A stretch of DNA of 53,050 nucleotides from a virus (lineage: Duplodnaviria > Caudoviricetes): positions 1-53,050 of the IMG/VR virus record IMGVR_UViG_3300037537_000966; one strand, written 5' to 3'. The translations under genes and the position numbers were made by a program. The notes beneath the pieces are model-generated. The model did no database searches and was not told the DNA's origin. It saw only the letters and a list, made by a program, of their open reading frames with translations. Positions within the stretch are counted from its first letter, which is position 1, and every line of letters begins with the position of its first letter. Positions 8,402-15,461 of the stretch are shown one piece after another.

Positions 8402-8659
8402 ATGACGAAAGCGAAAGAAGTTAGGAACGGGTGCTTGTATTATAACAAGCAGAGCAAAAGAGTAGAGCGGGCAATTGGTCGAGTAGGCAGGCGAATATTT
8501 ACGTACTGCCACGACACTGACCCTTCAGTGGTTAAGGTCGATAACCTGATCAAGGCTAGCTCTAAGCAGGTAACCAACTATTTGGATGCTCCAAATAAAG
8601 GGAGGAGCTCCAAGATCAGGCGTGCCCTGAAGACAATAAGCAGTTTGAAGATTTTTTGA
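8402..8659 (+). CDS. hypothetical basic protein
   Basis: ORF track. Confidence 0.7.
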   Translation: MTKAKEVRNGCLYYNKQSKRVERAIGRVGRRIFTYCHDTDPSVVKVDNLIKASSKQVTNYLDAPNKGRSSKIRRALKTISSLKIF

Positions 8660-8665
8660 TACAGT

Positions 8666-8756
8666 GTTGAGACCTCTCCGGCCATGGTGATCCGGGAGAG
8701 CCGGGTACAGGGTTTAGTTGTATCTCACCTTCATGAAACAGCCGGAAGGTCTCGAC
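8666..8756 (+). ncRNA. candidate structured RNA motif, copy 2
   Basis: Stems GTTGAGACCT/AGGTCTCGAC, TCCGGC/GCCGGA, ATCCGG/CCGGGT; same core as 5447-5527. Confidence 0.6.
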
Positions 8757-8760
8757 CCCT

Positions 8761-8834
8761 TAAACCCCTAAGTCGCAAAGACTTAGGGTGGGGGCCGGGG
8801 GCGGCTCCGTAACTCTCTCCGCACCAACGACTTA
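8761..8834. repeat. double-palindrome element, copy 3
   Basis: TAAACCCCTA-agtcg-CAAAGACTTA, 24-nt spacer, TAACTCTCTC-cgcac-CAACGACTTA. Confidence 0.8.
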
Positions 8835-8861
8835 CCTTTTAAAAAAACTTTAAAAAAAAGG

Positions 8862-8890
8862 TTGACATTTACACCTTAACGTGTTATACT
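8862..8890 (+). promoter_or_regulatory. sigma70-like promoter
   Basis: TTGACA-17-TATACT with upstream A tracts. Confidence 0.85.
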
Positions 8891-8897
8891 ATTGGAA

Positions 8898-9026
8898 GTG
8901 AGTGAGAGAAAACAACCAAAGGTTCGCAAGCAGGTGAAATGGAACACCGGCGAACGCATTCACAAAACTAAAAAAGGAAAAGGCTCTTATGATCGCAAAA
9001 CTGATAAACCCAAAGAAGATAACTGA
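8898..9026 (+). CDS. ArfA-like small basic protein (42 aa)
   Basis: GTG start 7 nt after the -10; MSERKQPKVRKQVKWNTGERIHKTKKGKGSYDRKTDKPKEDN carries the ArfA motif KKGKGSY-x-RK. Confidence 0.65.
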   Translation: MSERKQPKVRKQVKWNTGERIHKTKKGKGSYDRKTDKPKEDN

Positions 9027-9570
9027 CTTCAACAGAACAAAAGCAGACCTTGAATTGTTTGCTATTTTTGCTGTCTGTGTTGCCGGAAAGAAGTCACAAC
9101 AAACTGCTGACAAAGTCAACGACCATTTCAGGGACACGGAGACACCAACCAAACGACTCACACCTTTCGAGACTATCAAAAGCCTTGTCAAGATAAGAGT
9201 TTTCGGAGCCTATTTGCAGATGGCAAAGGTTGGGCAATACAAAAGGATTTACAGAGCGTTAAGAGACTTGGCTGAATCTGGTATTGATTTGAAGACTTGC
9301 ACAGTTGAAGACCTTGAAGCAATTCATGGCATCGGGCCAAAGACAGCAAGGTTTATTATTATGCATTCCAGACCTTATCAAAGGCTGGCAACCTTAGACA
9401 CTCACATTTTAAAATGGATGAGAGACCAAGGGATCAAAACCCCAAAAGCAACGCCACAGAGTCAAAAATTATATAAAGAATTAGAACAAAAGTTCTTGAC
9501 ATTATGCGATAACTGTGGTATGATACCTTCTCAGTTAGACTTAGAGATATGGAAACAATACAGCAAATAG
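8989..9570 (+). CDS. HhH-family DNA glycosylase, Ogg2-like (8-oxoguanine)
   Basis: HhH IHGIGPKTARF with catalytic-position Lys, LDTHIL Asp, Y-x-ELE, LDLEIW, terminal Lys. Confidence 0.7.
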   Translation: MIAKLINPKKITDFNRTKADLELFAIFAVCVAGKKSQQTADKVNDHFRDTETPTKRLTPFETIKSLVKIRVFGAYLQMAKVGQYKRIYRALRDLAESGIDLKTCTVEDLEAIHGIGPKTARFIIMHSRPYQRLATLDTHILKWMRDQGIKTPKATPQSQKLYKELEQKFLTLCDNCGMIPSQLDLEIWKQYSK

Positions 9571-9893
9571 AAAAACCTAAATTCGCCTCTGCGCCTGATT
9601 GGCCGGGATTCTCAATGACATTCAAGAATGGTTGGGAGATATCGGTTCAGTTTGGTGGAGGGCACTACTGCTCCAACAGAATGAAGGATAGTTCATCCAG
9701 ACAGAGCGAGACAGCAGAGGTCGCTATCTTCGCTCCTGATAAAGATGGTTTCCCTAGAGAGTGGTGGTCATACGACGAAGACATTGACAATGTAGTCGAG
9801 CAGCCAGATGAGAGCTTTGTAAATGGTTGGCTAACAACTGACCAAGTAGCGAGTATAATAAATATAATATCTAATAAAAATGAGACTAAATAA
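9549..9893 (+). CDS. hypothetical phage protein
   Basis: ORF track; F-x-NG-x2-ISVQ and AEVA pattern. Confidence 0.75.
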   Translation: METIQQIEKPKFASAPDWPGFSMTFKNGWEISVQFGGGHYCSNRMKDSSSRQSETAEVAIFAPDKDGFPREWWSYDEDIDNVVEQPDESFVNGWLTTDQVASIINIISNKNETK

Positions 9894-10152
9894 CATAAGC
9901 AATAATGAGACGGAAGTCATCTTCAATGAGAGACTTGTAGACGACAGCAAACGAGCAACCTTCTTCTTCTCGTATGGGACACCAGTCGCTGCTAAGGTAG
10001 GTGTCAAATATTACAAGACAGAAGAGAAGTTCAGCAAAACAACTTCGCGCCATATCAATAAGTGGTTAGAGGGTGTCCGAGTCGAGGTACAGCCTCAGAA
10101 CTGGTTTGCCAAGGCTATCCTTGAAGTACACGCGCCAATGTTCTCAACGTAA
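9880..10152 (+). CDS. hypothetical phage protein
   Basis: ORF track; SYGTPVAA and S-x-TTSRHINKW motifs; its TAA is the first triplet of element copy 4. Confidence 0.75.
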   Translation: MRLNNISNNETEVIFNERLVDDSKRATFFFSYGTPVAAKVGVKYYKTEEKFSKTTSRHINKWLEGVRVEVQPQNWFAKAILEVHAPMFST

Positions 10153-10223
10153 CTTACTGGCGCAGAGAGACTTACGGTGGTGGGGGAGGCCGCGCGCGTA
10201 ACTCTTTGGTACTCAGTAGGATA
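10150..10223. repeat. double-palindrome element, copy 4
   Basis: TAACTTACTG-gcgca-GAGAGACTTA, 24-nt spacer, TAACTCTTTG-gtact-CAGTAGGATA. Confidence 0.85.
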
Positions 10224-10270
10224 AGAGAAACCCCCCGCCAAGGAAAACCAAAAAACCTCGGCAGGGGGTC
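10224..10270 (-). terminator. terminator-like hairpin at the convergence point
   Basis: Minus strand CCCCCTGCCGAGG...CCTTGGCGGGGGG followed by TTTCTCTT. Confidence 0.55.
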
Positions 10271-10289
10271 GTGTTATGAGGGAAAAGTG

Positions 10290-10538
10290 GGAAACCTGTT
10301 ACATTTTTTGGAGTGCTACTCCTAACTAGGTGCTAACGTAGGTTGTATTCAGGCTTCCTAAATTTTGAGTCGTTGTCGCGCCACCAACAAATGCGCAGGT
10401 AAGTCCTGCTCCAGCGTAAGATGTCTTACCATCCCTGTCCCTAGCGCGTTTATAGCTTAAGGGCGATGGAGGCGTAGTAACCGCCGACTCTAAATCGTTC
10501 TGAGCGTCACGCTGCGTTTAAAGCGTAGCACTCAGATT
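10290..10538 (-). ncRNA. candidate multi-domain structured RNA
   Basis: No ORF in the track; nested stems GAGTC/GACTC, CTCCA/TGGAG, GCAGG/CCTGC, GTAAG/CTTAC, GGAAGCCTG/CAGGTTTCC. Confidence 0.45.
10502..10536 (-). repeat. 35-nt hairpin repeat, copy 1
   Basis: Identical to 12257-12291. Confidence 0.85.
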
Positions 10539-10544
10539 CGGTGG

Positions 10545-10757
10545 CTAGATAGCCACCGCGCTTTGGATTCCGTCGAAACGGAATCGTTTCCAAAGGCCAG
10601 ACTCCGTATCCTTGGCAGCCATTCCAGCGGAGTTGTCGCTCTCGCTGTAATTTGCAAACTGCTGGTCTAACTCGACCTTGTAGGAGTATGCCGTGTTGTC
10701 ACTATTAACCTGTCCCTCGTGGACAGCCGGTATGTAGTCGATTAAGAATTTCTTCAT
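10545..10757 (-). CDS. hypothetical protein
   Basis: ORF track; promoter TTGACT-17-TATACT at 10810-10782. Confidence 0.7.
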   Translation of the reverse strand: MKKFLIDYIPAVHEGQVNSDNTAYSYKVELDQQFANYSESDNSAGMAAKDTESGLWKRFRFDGIQSAVAI

Positions 10758-10806
10758 ATATTTCTTACTTCCAATAAATTAAGTATAACAGAAACTGAAC
10801 CCAAAG

Positions 10807-11019
10807 TCAAGACAAAAGTTGCTTTAATTGGTTCGGGCTTAAGATTTCGTCTATTTCAGCTTCCATCTCCTTGGCCCATTTGACCTCCTCTGGCGTATAC
10901 ATATCAGCCCATTCGATAACACCCATGCACTTGCCCTTAAGGCCAGCCAATTTACAACGCAAGGAGATGATGGTGTCTTGTGCCTTGTGCAGTTTCTTTA
11001 GGTTTTCTAATTCACTCAT
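10807..11019 (-). CDS. hypothetical protein
   Basis: ORF track. Confidence 0.7.
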   Translation of the reverse strand: MSELENLKKLHKAQDTIISLRCKLAGLKGKCMGVIEWADMYTPEEVKWAKEMEAEIDEILSPNQLKQLLS

Positions 11020-11168
11020 AGGTTTAAAAATGCCACTCTCCAGTATCTAAACACCTCGTCGAATCCAATGACGAATCCGCAAACGATAGCCAGAACCAGC
11101 GCGAAGCCAATCACGGGCGCATAATAATATCGAAGCATTGCCTCTTTGTAGTCTTTTGTTTCACTCAT
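11016..11168 (-). CDS. small single-TM membrane protein
   Basis: MSETKDY...PVIGFALVLAIVCGFVIGF; promoter TTGACA-17-TATACT at 11204-11176 sets the start. Confidence 0.65.
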   Translation of the reverse strand: MSETKDYKEAMLRYYYAPVIGFALVLAIVCGFVIGFDEVFRYWRVAFLNL

Positions 11169-11212
11169 TAGAATAAGTATAACAGGTTCTTGCGTAAATG
11201 TCAAGCCTTTTT

Positions 11213-11377
11213 TTAGGTTTCGTGACGGTCGCACTCTTCGCAAATCACGCCCCAATCGTATGGGTTGCCCCATTCCCTGACTTCGTTTTCTTCGCTGTCT
11301 TCTGCGCTGCATTGGTCACAGGTCAGCACCTTGCCTGTGAAGCGGTCAAGTGTTTTTTCGTATTTCTTTTCCTTCAT
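11213..11377 (-). CDS. small zinc-finger-like protein
   Basis: CDQC...CEEC; promoter at 11416-11388 then GTTATG. Confidence 0.65.
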   Translation of the reverse strand: MKEKKYEKTLDRFTGKVLTCDQCSAEDSEENEVREWGNPYDWGVICEECDRHET

Positions 11378-11421
11378 AACTGCAAATATGATAACACAAA
11401 ATGCCAAATATGTCAAGAACT

Positions 11422-11772
11422 TTATTGACCTAAAATATGCCTTCCGTTGATGCTGACTATGTCCTTCTTAAATATAGGATCCCCTGTCTCGACAGAAATA
11501 AAGCTTTTATACTTGTAGGGGTTGTAGGTAATCCTCTCACTCTTTTCACCATCAAAAAACGCAACGTTGGTTGGTGTGCCGCTGATATAGGCATGGACGT
11601 TTTTTCTCTTTTCACGTAACACTTTTTTCCTGCCCGCGTGCTGGACATGGAACGTCACATCTTTCAATGTGATAGAGTCGACATGGTCAATCACGATGCC
11701 TCTTTTCCTGACGCTCAAGCATTTTTTATGCAGATTATAATAAACTTGCACTTTTTTATTTAGTACGTTCAT
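11422..11772 (-). CDS. conserved-type hypothetical phage protein
   Basis: VYYNLHK, AGR-x-KVLREK-x-KNVHAY, YNPY motifs. Confidence 0.75.
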   Translation of the reverse strand: MNVLNKKVQVYYNLHKKCLSVRKRGIVIDHVDSITLKDVTFHVQHAGRKKVLREKRKNVHAYISGTPTNVAFFDGEKSERITYNPYKYKSFISVETGDPIFKKDIVSINGRHILGQ

Positions 11773-11954
11773 AAGTTTTCAAGTTGTGCTTGGAAGTTCG
11801 CAAGTGGGCTGCCCGGATGGGGCTGCATCCCTCGTTTGAACTGCTCCCATGTTGGGCGGCGATCTTCAGGGATTGTTTTCCATTGTCTCATTTGGCGTTT
11901 GCGCACCTCTTCTACTCTCTTGAACTGGTCATCTGTCGTATCTGTACCTCTCAT
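11769..11954 (-). CDS. hypothetical protein
   Basis: ORF track; promoter at 11992-11965 then GTTATG. Confidence 0.7.
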   Translation of the reverse strand: MRGTDTTDDQFKRVEEVRKRQMRQWKTIPEDRRPTWEQFKRGMQPHPGSPLANFQAQLENL

Positions 11955-12010
11955 AACTGGTAATAGTATAACAGAAATTGAGGAAAAGTCAAGCTTTTTT
12001 TTTGTTGTTG

Positions 12011-12086
12011 TAAACCATTGAGTACCAGAGAGTTGCGGCGGCGGGGGGGGAGCGGCTGACCTAAGTCATTGATAATCAACGACTTA
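12011..12086. repeat. double-palindrome element, copy 5
   Basis: TAAACCATTG-agtac-CAGAGAGTTG, 26-nt spacer, TAAGTCATTG-ataat-CAACGACTTA. Confidence 0.9.
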
Positions 12087-12246
12087 AAGCCTCGGCAATT
12101 GAGCCGAATCCGCGGTTGAAGGCTTGGCGATACTGCCTTGCCTTTTTGACCCGCTGGCGTTCCGCTTTGGCGGCGGCTGCACCAGCCCTCTGGCGTTTCC
12201 AATCCTCAAGATTTTTGAGGATGGTCTCATTATGGTTTTGAGACAT
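12076..12246 (-). CDS. hypothetical protein (56 aa)
   Basis: Manual translation MSQNHNETILKNLEDWKRQRAG...SIAEALSR; stop lies inside element copy 5. Confidence 0.6.
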   Translation of the reverse strand: MSQNHNETILKNLEDWKRQRAGAAAAKAERQRVKKARQYRQAFNRGFGSIAEALSR

Positions 12247-12256
12247 AAATTTAAAA

Positions 12257-12291
12257 GAGCGTCACGCTGCGTTTAAAGCGTAGCACTCAGA
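12257..12291 (-). repeat. 35-nt hairpin repeat, copy 2
   Basis: Identical to 10502-10536. Confidence 0.85.
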
Positions 12292-12300
12292 CACGACAGC

Positions 12301-12654
12301 TTACCAGCCGTCGTTGCAGCCGTAATCCTCATCACCGCTGTCGAAACAGCCGTAATCCTCATCCGTGCCGAATCCAGCACTTGCCAGCACATCGGCGTCA
12401 GCCATTGCGTCGCTGTGGAAACCGTCCGAAGGCTCGTCAGCATCGCTGCTGCCCGATTCCTCGAATGACCAAACCGACTCGACCTCGCCGTCATGCTCGC
12501 GCATGACATCCGTGCCGATATCGTTGGCGGCCTCAATCGCGTCCTCAAGCCCGTCATGGCTCACATCGAACATACGGAAAAGTCCGTCCTCATCCTTAAT
12601 GAAGTAGTGGTTCATATTATTTTCGTTTTTCATCTCTGTATTTCTCTCACTCAC
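12301..12654 (-). CDS. highly acidic hypothetical protein; paralog of 14055-14297
   Basis: DEDGLFRMFDVSH shared with paralog; acidic tail DADVLASAGFGTDEDYG; start at GTG after promoter 12690-12662. Confidence 0.7.
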   Translation of the reverse strand: MSERNTEMKNENNMNHYFIKDEDGLFRMFDVSHDGLEDAIEAANDIGTDVMREHDGEVESVWSFEESGSSDADEPSDGFHSDAMADADVLASAGFGTDEDYGCFDSGDEDYGCNDGW

Positions 12655-12853
12655 TGGTAAAATTGTAGCACATTTTAGGCACGAAGTCAAGTCCTTTTTC
12701 ATCTTTTTCTTCACTTTTTTTTCGCGGCACAAACTCCTCGCTGACTGGCTTTTCGCGTGGGATGAAAGCGTGCTTTGTCACCTTCAGGGTGCGGCGGATG
12801 AAGCCAGCGTAATTGGCTCCGTAGACTTCGGTCGTTGTTTTTCTCTCACTCAC
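12647..12853 (-). CDS. hypothetical protein with GTG-SERK start
   Basis: Frame of ORF 12647-12889; promoter TTGACT-17-TATCAT at 12889-12861; no early in-frame ATG. Confidence 0.45.
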   Translation of the reverse strand: MSERKTTTEVYGANYAGFIRRTLKVTKHAFIPREKPVSEEFVPRKKSEEKDEKGLDFVPKMCYNFTSE

Positions 12854-12926
12854 TAGGAATATGATAGCAGAAAAGACGGAAGAAGTCAAGAACTATTTTC
12901 ACTTTTTTTCACTTTTTTTCATGTCG

Positions 12927-13001
12927 TAAGTTACTGATTACCAAAGACTTAGATCGGCGCGCACCCCCTGTCAGCGTAACTCTCTGATAATCAGACTCTT
13001 A
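12927..13001. repeat. double-palindrome element, copy 6
   Basis: TAAGTTACTG-attac-CAAAGACTTA, 25-nt spacer, TAACTCTCTG-ataat-CAGACTCTTA. Confidence 0.9.
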
Positions 13002-13232
13002 GCACCAGTAAGGATCGTTTTTATAGCACTTCTGACACTCCGGCACGGTGTCGCCCGTGTGCCCCTCCGGGCGATACCATTGCTCGCCGCAGCCTTCGCA
13101 CTCGACGAGATCCTCCTCGGCATCCTGCGCGAGAATGGCTTCATTTTCCAACTCATCGCACCACACGTTCAACTCCGCACGCTCCTGCGCACTGGCCTCG
13201 AAAACTTCCTCACAACTAATCATATCTGTCAT
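12999..13232 (-). CDS. acidic zinc-finger-like protein
   Basis: CEGC...CQKC; promoter 13270-13243; its stop is the outer TTA of element copy 6. Confidence 0.7.
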   Translation of the reverse strand: MTDMISCEEVFEASAQERAELNVWCDELENEAILAQDAEEDLVECEGCGEQWYRPEGHTGDTVPECQKCYKNDPYWC

Positions 13233-13307
13233 AACTAAGAACAGTATAGCACAAATGACGAGAATGTCAACACTTTTTTTACTTTTTTTTTAATTATTTT
13301 TGTTTTG

Positions 13308-13382
13308 TAAGTCATTGACTATAAGAGAGTTACACCGGCGGGCAGTGCGCGTGGCCGTAACTCTTTGATTACCAAGCAATTA
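13308..13382. repeat. double-palindrome element, copy 7
   Basis: TAAGTCATTG-actat-AAGAGAGTTA, 25-nt spacer, TAACTCTTTG-attac-CAAGCAATTA. Confidence 0.9.
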
Positions 13383-13680
13383 CAACTCTAAAAAAACATT
13401 TTTGAGGCGGCAATTCCTTCCAAGTCCAGTACGGCGAAGTCATCGACATTTTATAAGTGCCGAGATGAACCATATCTGTCCAATTCTTTAAATCTTCAGA
13501 ATATTGCAATTTATACATTATAAAAGGTTCTAAATCTGTTAATTTAAAATAGATTCCACTTTCTAAACCGTAAGCATTACCATTTGGCAAAGTCTTTTGT
13601 TGAACAGGAACAATCTTTAAACTTGGTGCAGCGTTTAAACTAACAGAGAATAAGAATAAGAAAAGGATAATTTTTTTCAT
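13369..13680 (-). CDS. secreted protein with signal peptide
   Basis: MKKIILFLFLFSVSLNA signal; YKLQYSEDLKNW...FFRV motif. Confidence 0.75.
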   Translation of the reverse strand: MKKIILFLFLFSVSLNAAPSLKIVPVQQKTLPNGNAYGLESGIYFKLTDLEPFIMYKLQYSEDLKNWTDMVHLGTYKMSMTSPYWTWKELPPQKCFFRVVIAW

Positions 13681-13685
13681 TATTT

Positions 13686-14000
13686 TTAGTAATTGTCTTT
13701 GTGGAATCTGCCTTTGATGGAGCTATCCTCAAAGCACTTTTCGATTTCAACGACTTCGAGCATTTCGCCCTTTGTCCAAGTCTTACCGTTAATGTCCTTC
13801 ACGACTGTTTCGCCAAGGAACTCGTTGGTCATTTCCTTCTCGGTTGTTCCGAGCGGGAAGGTGTTGCCCATCACGCTGTTTACCGTGGCGAGGTTGTGGT
13901 TTCCCTTGTAGTTAGGGTTTCGTCTTACCTTGAAGGTAACATTTAGGAATCTAATCTTTTCTTTCATTTCTTTCATTTCGTTGTTCTTTCTCTCACTCAC
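13686..14000 (-). CDS. hypothetical protein (MSERK start)
   Basis: ORF track; promoter TTGACT-17-TAGGAT at 14036-14008. Confidence 0.7.
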   Translation of the reverse strand: MSERKNNEMKEMKEKIRFLNVTFKVRRNPNYKGNHNLATVNSVMGNTFPLGTTEKEMTNEFLGETVVKDINGKTWTKGEMLEVVEIEKCFEDSSIKGRFHKDNY

Positions 14001-14054
14001 TTGTTATATCCTATCACATTTTAGCTTAAAAGTCAAGCTTTATTTTCACTTTTT

Positions 14055-14297
14055 TTAGCATCTGCCAGTAAACTCATTGTTGCTGACCTTGAGCGACCAG
14101 ACCGTTTCGGCCGTATCGTTTTCGCGATGAATCATCACGCAGGTTTCTGGATTGTTCCAAGTGGCTTTACGTGCGACCTTAATCGCGTTTTCAAGTCCTT
14201 TATGACTCACATCGAACATACGGTAAAGACCGTCCTCATCCCGCACATAGTAGTATGGATTTTTCATATTTTCTTCAGTTATCTTTCTCTCACTCAC
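14055..14297 (-). CDS. hypothetical protein; paralog of 12301-12654
   Basis: DEDGLYRMFDVSH; promoter TTGACT-17-TAGACT at 14333-14305. Confidence 0.7.
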   Translation of the reverse strand: MSERKITEENMKNPYYYVRDEDGLYRMFDVSHKGLENAIKVARKATWNNPETCVMIHRENDTAETVWSLKVSNNEFTGRC

Positions 14298-14370
14298 TGG
14301 ATATAGTCTATCAGAAAAAACGGTAAAAGTCAAGCTTTATTTGCATTTAATTTCACTTTTTTTTGTGTTG

Positions 14371-14444
14371 TAAGTCATTGGGGCGTAAAGAGTTACGATG
14401 CGGGGTAGGGCCGCAGCCCTAAGTCTTTAGTAGTTGGTCACTTA
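14371..14444. repeat. double-palindrome element, copy 8
   Basis: TAAGTCATTG-gggcg-TAAAGAGTTA, 24-nt spacer, TAAGTCTTTA-gtagt-TGGTCACTTA. Confidence 0.85.
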
Positions 14445-14445
14445 A

Positions 14446-14964
14446 TTAGAGTTTATAGAAAGCGTGTTGGCCTATCACCTTGACTGGTTTCTTGCCCTTA
14501 GCCCAATAGGGCTTCTTCTTCATCCATGTGGCATGGTAGTGGTTAGCATAGCCCACATAGCTACGGCTCAAGTGCTTGACTGTCTTGGCTAACAGTATAG
14601 CGTACTTACCCTGTGGTAGTGTGAGCAGGTGCTCTAGGTCTTTAAGCTTCTTACCATTCCAACAGCTGAACTGGTAAGCCCTCAAGCATACCTGCTCTGG
14701 TGTACGCTTACGCTCAAAGGCACGCTGTGCTATGACAGCAGCCACAGCATACATACCAGCGTTGCCCTCACCTCTTGCCTCTGCCAGTATGGTGATAGCT
14801 ACCACCTTATGCTCTCGTGTGAGCGTGTATGTACGGTGCGTATGCTCTTGCCCTGCTACCTTGCATATGGTAGCTATACCCCATAGGATGAAGAAGGCAA
14901 TCAGTATCTTCTCTACTATATAGTTTTGATTTCCGTATTTCATTTGATTCAATTCCAATTCCAT
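14446..14964 (-). CDS. SleB/Hydrolase_2-like cell wall hydrolase with N-terminal TM
   Basis: AEARGEG, AVA-x-VI-x2-R, YQFSCWN, HYH, PYWA, IG-x-H-x-FY. Confidence 0.85.
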   Translation of the reverse strand: MELELNQMKYGNQNYIVEKILIAFFILWGIATICKVAGQEHTHRTYTLTREHKVVAITILAEARGEGNAGMYAVAAVIAQRAFERKRTPEQVCLRAYQFSCWNGKKLKDLEHLLTLPQGKYAILLAKTVKHLSRSYVGYANHYHATWMKKKPYWAKGKKPVKVIGQHAFYKL

Positions 14965-15149
14965 TCTGGTGCGCTGCCCTTGTAAGGCTTGCTCAAGCGG
15001 ATTGTTTCGAGTGCTTCCTTGACCATGCGCTCGTCTGCGCGTGCCTTGGCCTGTGCTGCCTCGACCCTCTTCTGCGCCTTGTCTCTGAAGGCCAGCCCGC
15101 TAACCATTTCGTATGATGTCATTCTCTTATTTGTTATTCTCTCACTCAC
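14949..15149 (-). CDS. hypothetical protein (GTG-SER start)
   Basis: ORF track frame; promoter TTGACA-17-TATGAT at 15185-15157. Confidence 0.65.
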   Translation of the reverse strand: MSERITNKRMTSYEMVSGLAFRDKAQKRVEAAQAKARADERMVKEALETIRLSKPYKGSAPEWNWN

Positions 15150-15203
15150 TGGTGATATCATATCACATAATCGGTTAATTGTCAACACTTATTTTCAACT
15201 TTT

Positions 15204-15398
15204 TTAGCACTCACAACCGAAGTCCCAGATCTCTCCATCGACTACATTACCGACTGCTTCAGCAGCTTCGAACATTTCCTCGCGTCTCTTTTCGAGAGCT
15301 TCGGTTTTCTTTGCCTCGCGGCGATTGCGTATGCTGAAGTGTCGGCGAATCTCTGTCATTGTCATTTCGTTTTTCATGTTGTTCTTTCTCTCACTCAC
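15204..15398 (-). CDS. hypothetical protein (MSERK start)
   Basis: ORF track; TATACT 7 nt upstream. Confidence 0.7.
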   Translation of the reverse strand: MSERKNNMKNEMTMTEIRRHFSIRNRREAKKTEALEKRREEMFEAAEAVGNVVDGEIWDFGCEC

Positions 15399-15461
15399 TG
15401 AAGATAGTATAGCACAATCTCAGAAAAATGCAAGCTTTATTTTCACTTTTTTTTTATCTTA

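Noticed and set aside
5447-8756. RNA motif as a canonical hammerhead ribozyme
   Set aside because: GAAA is present but there is no CUGANGA core in the required junction order
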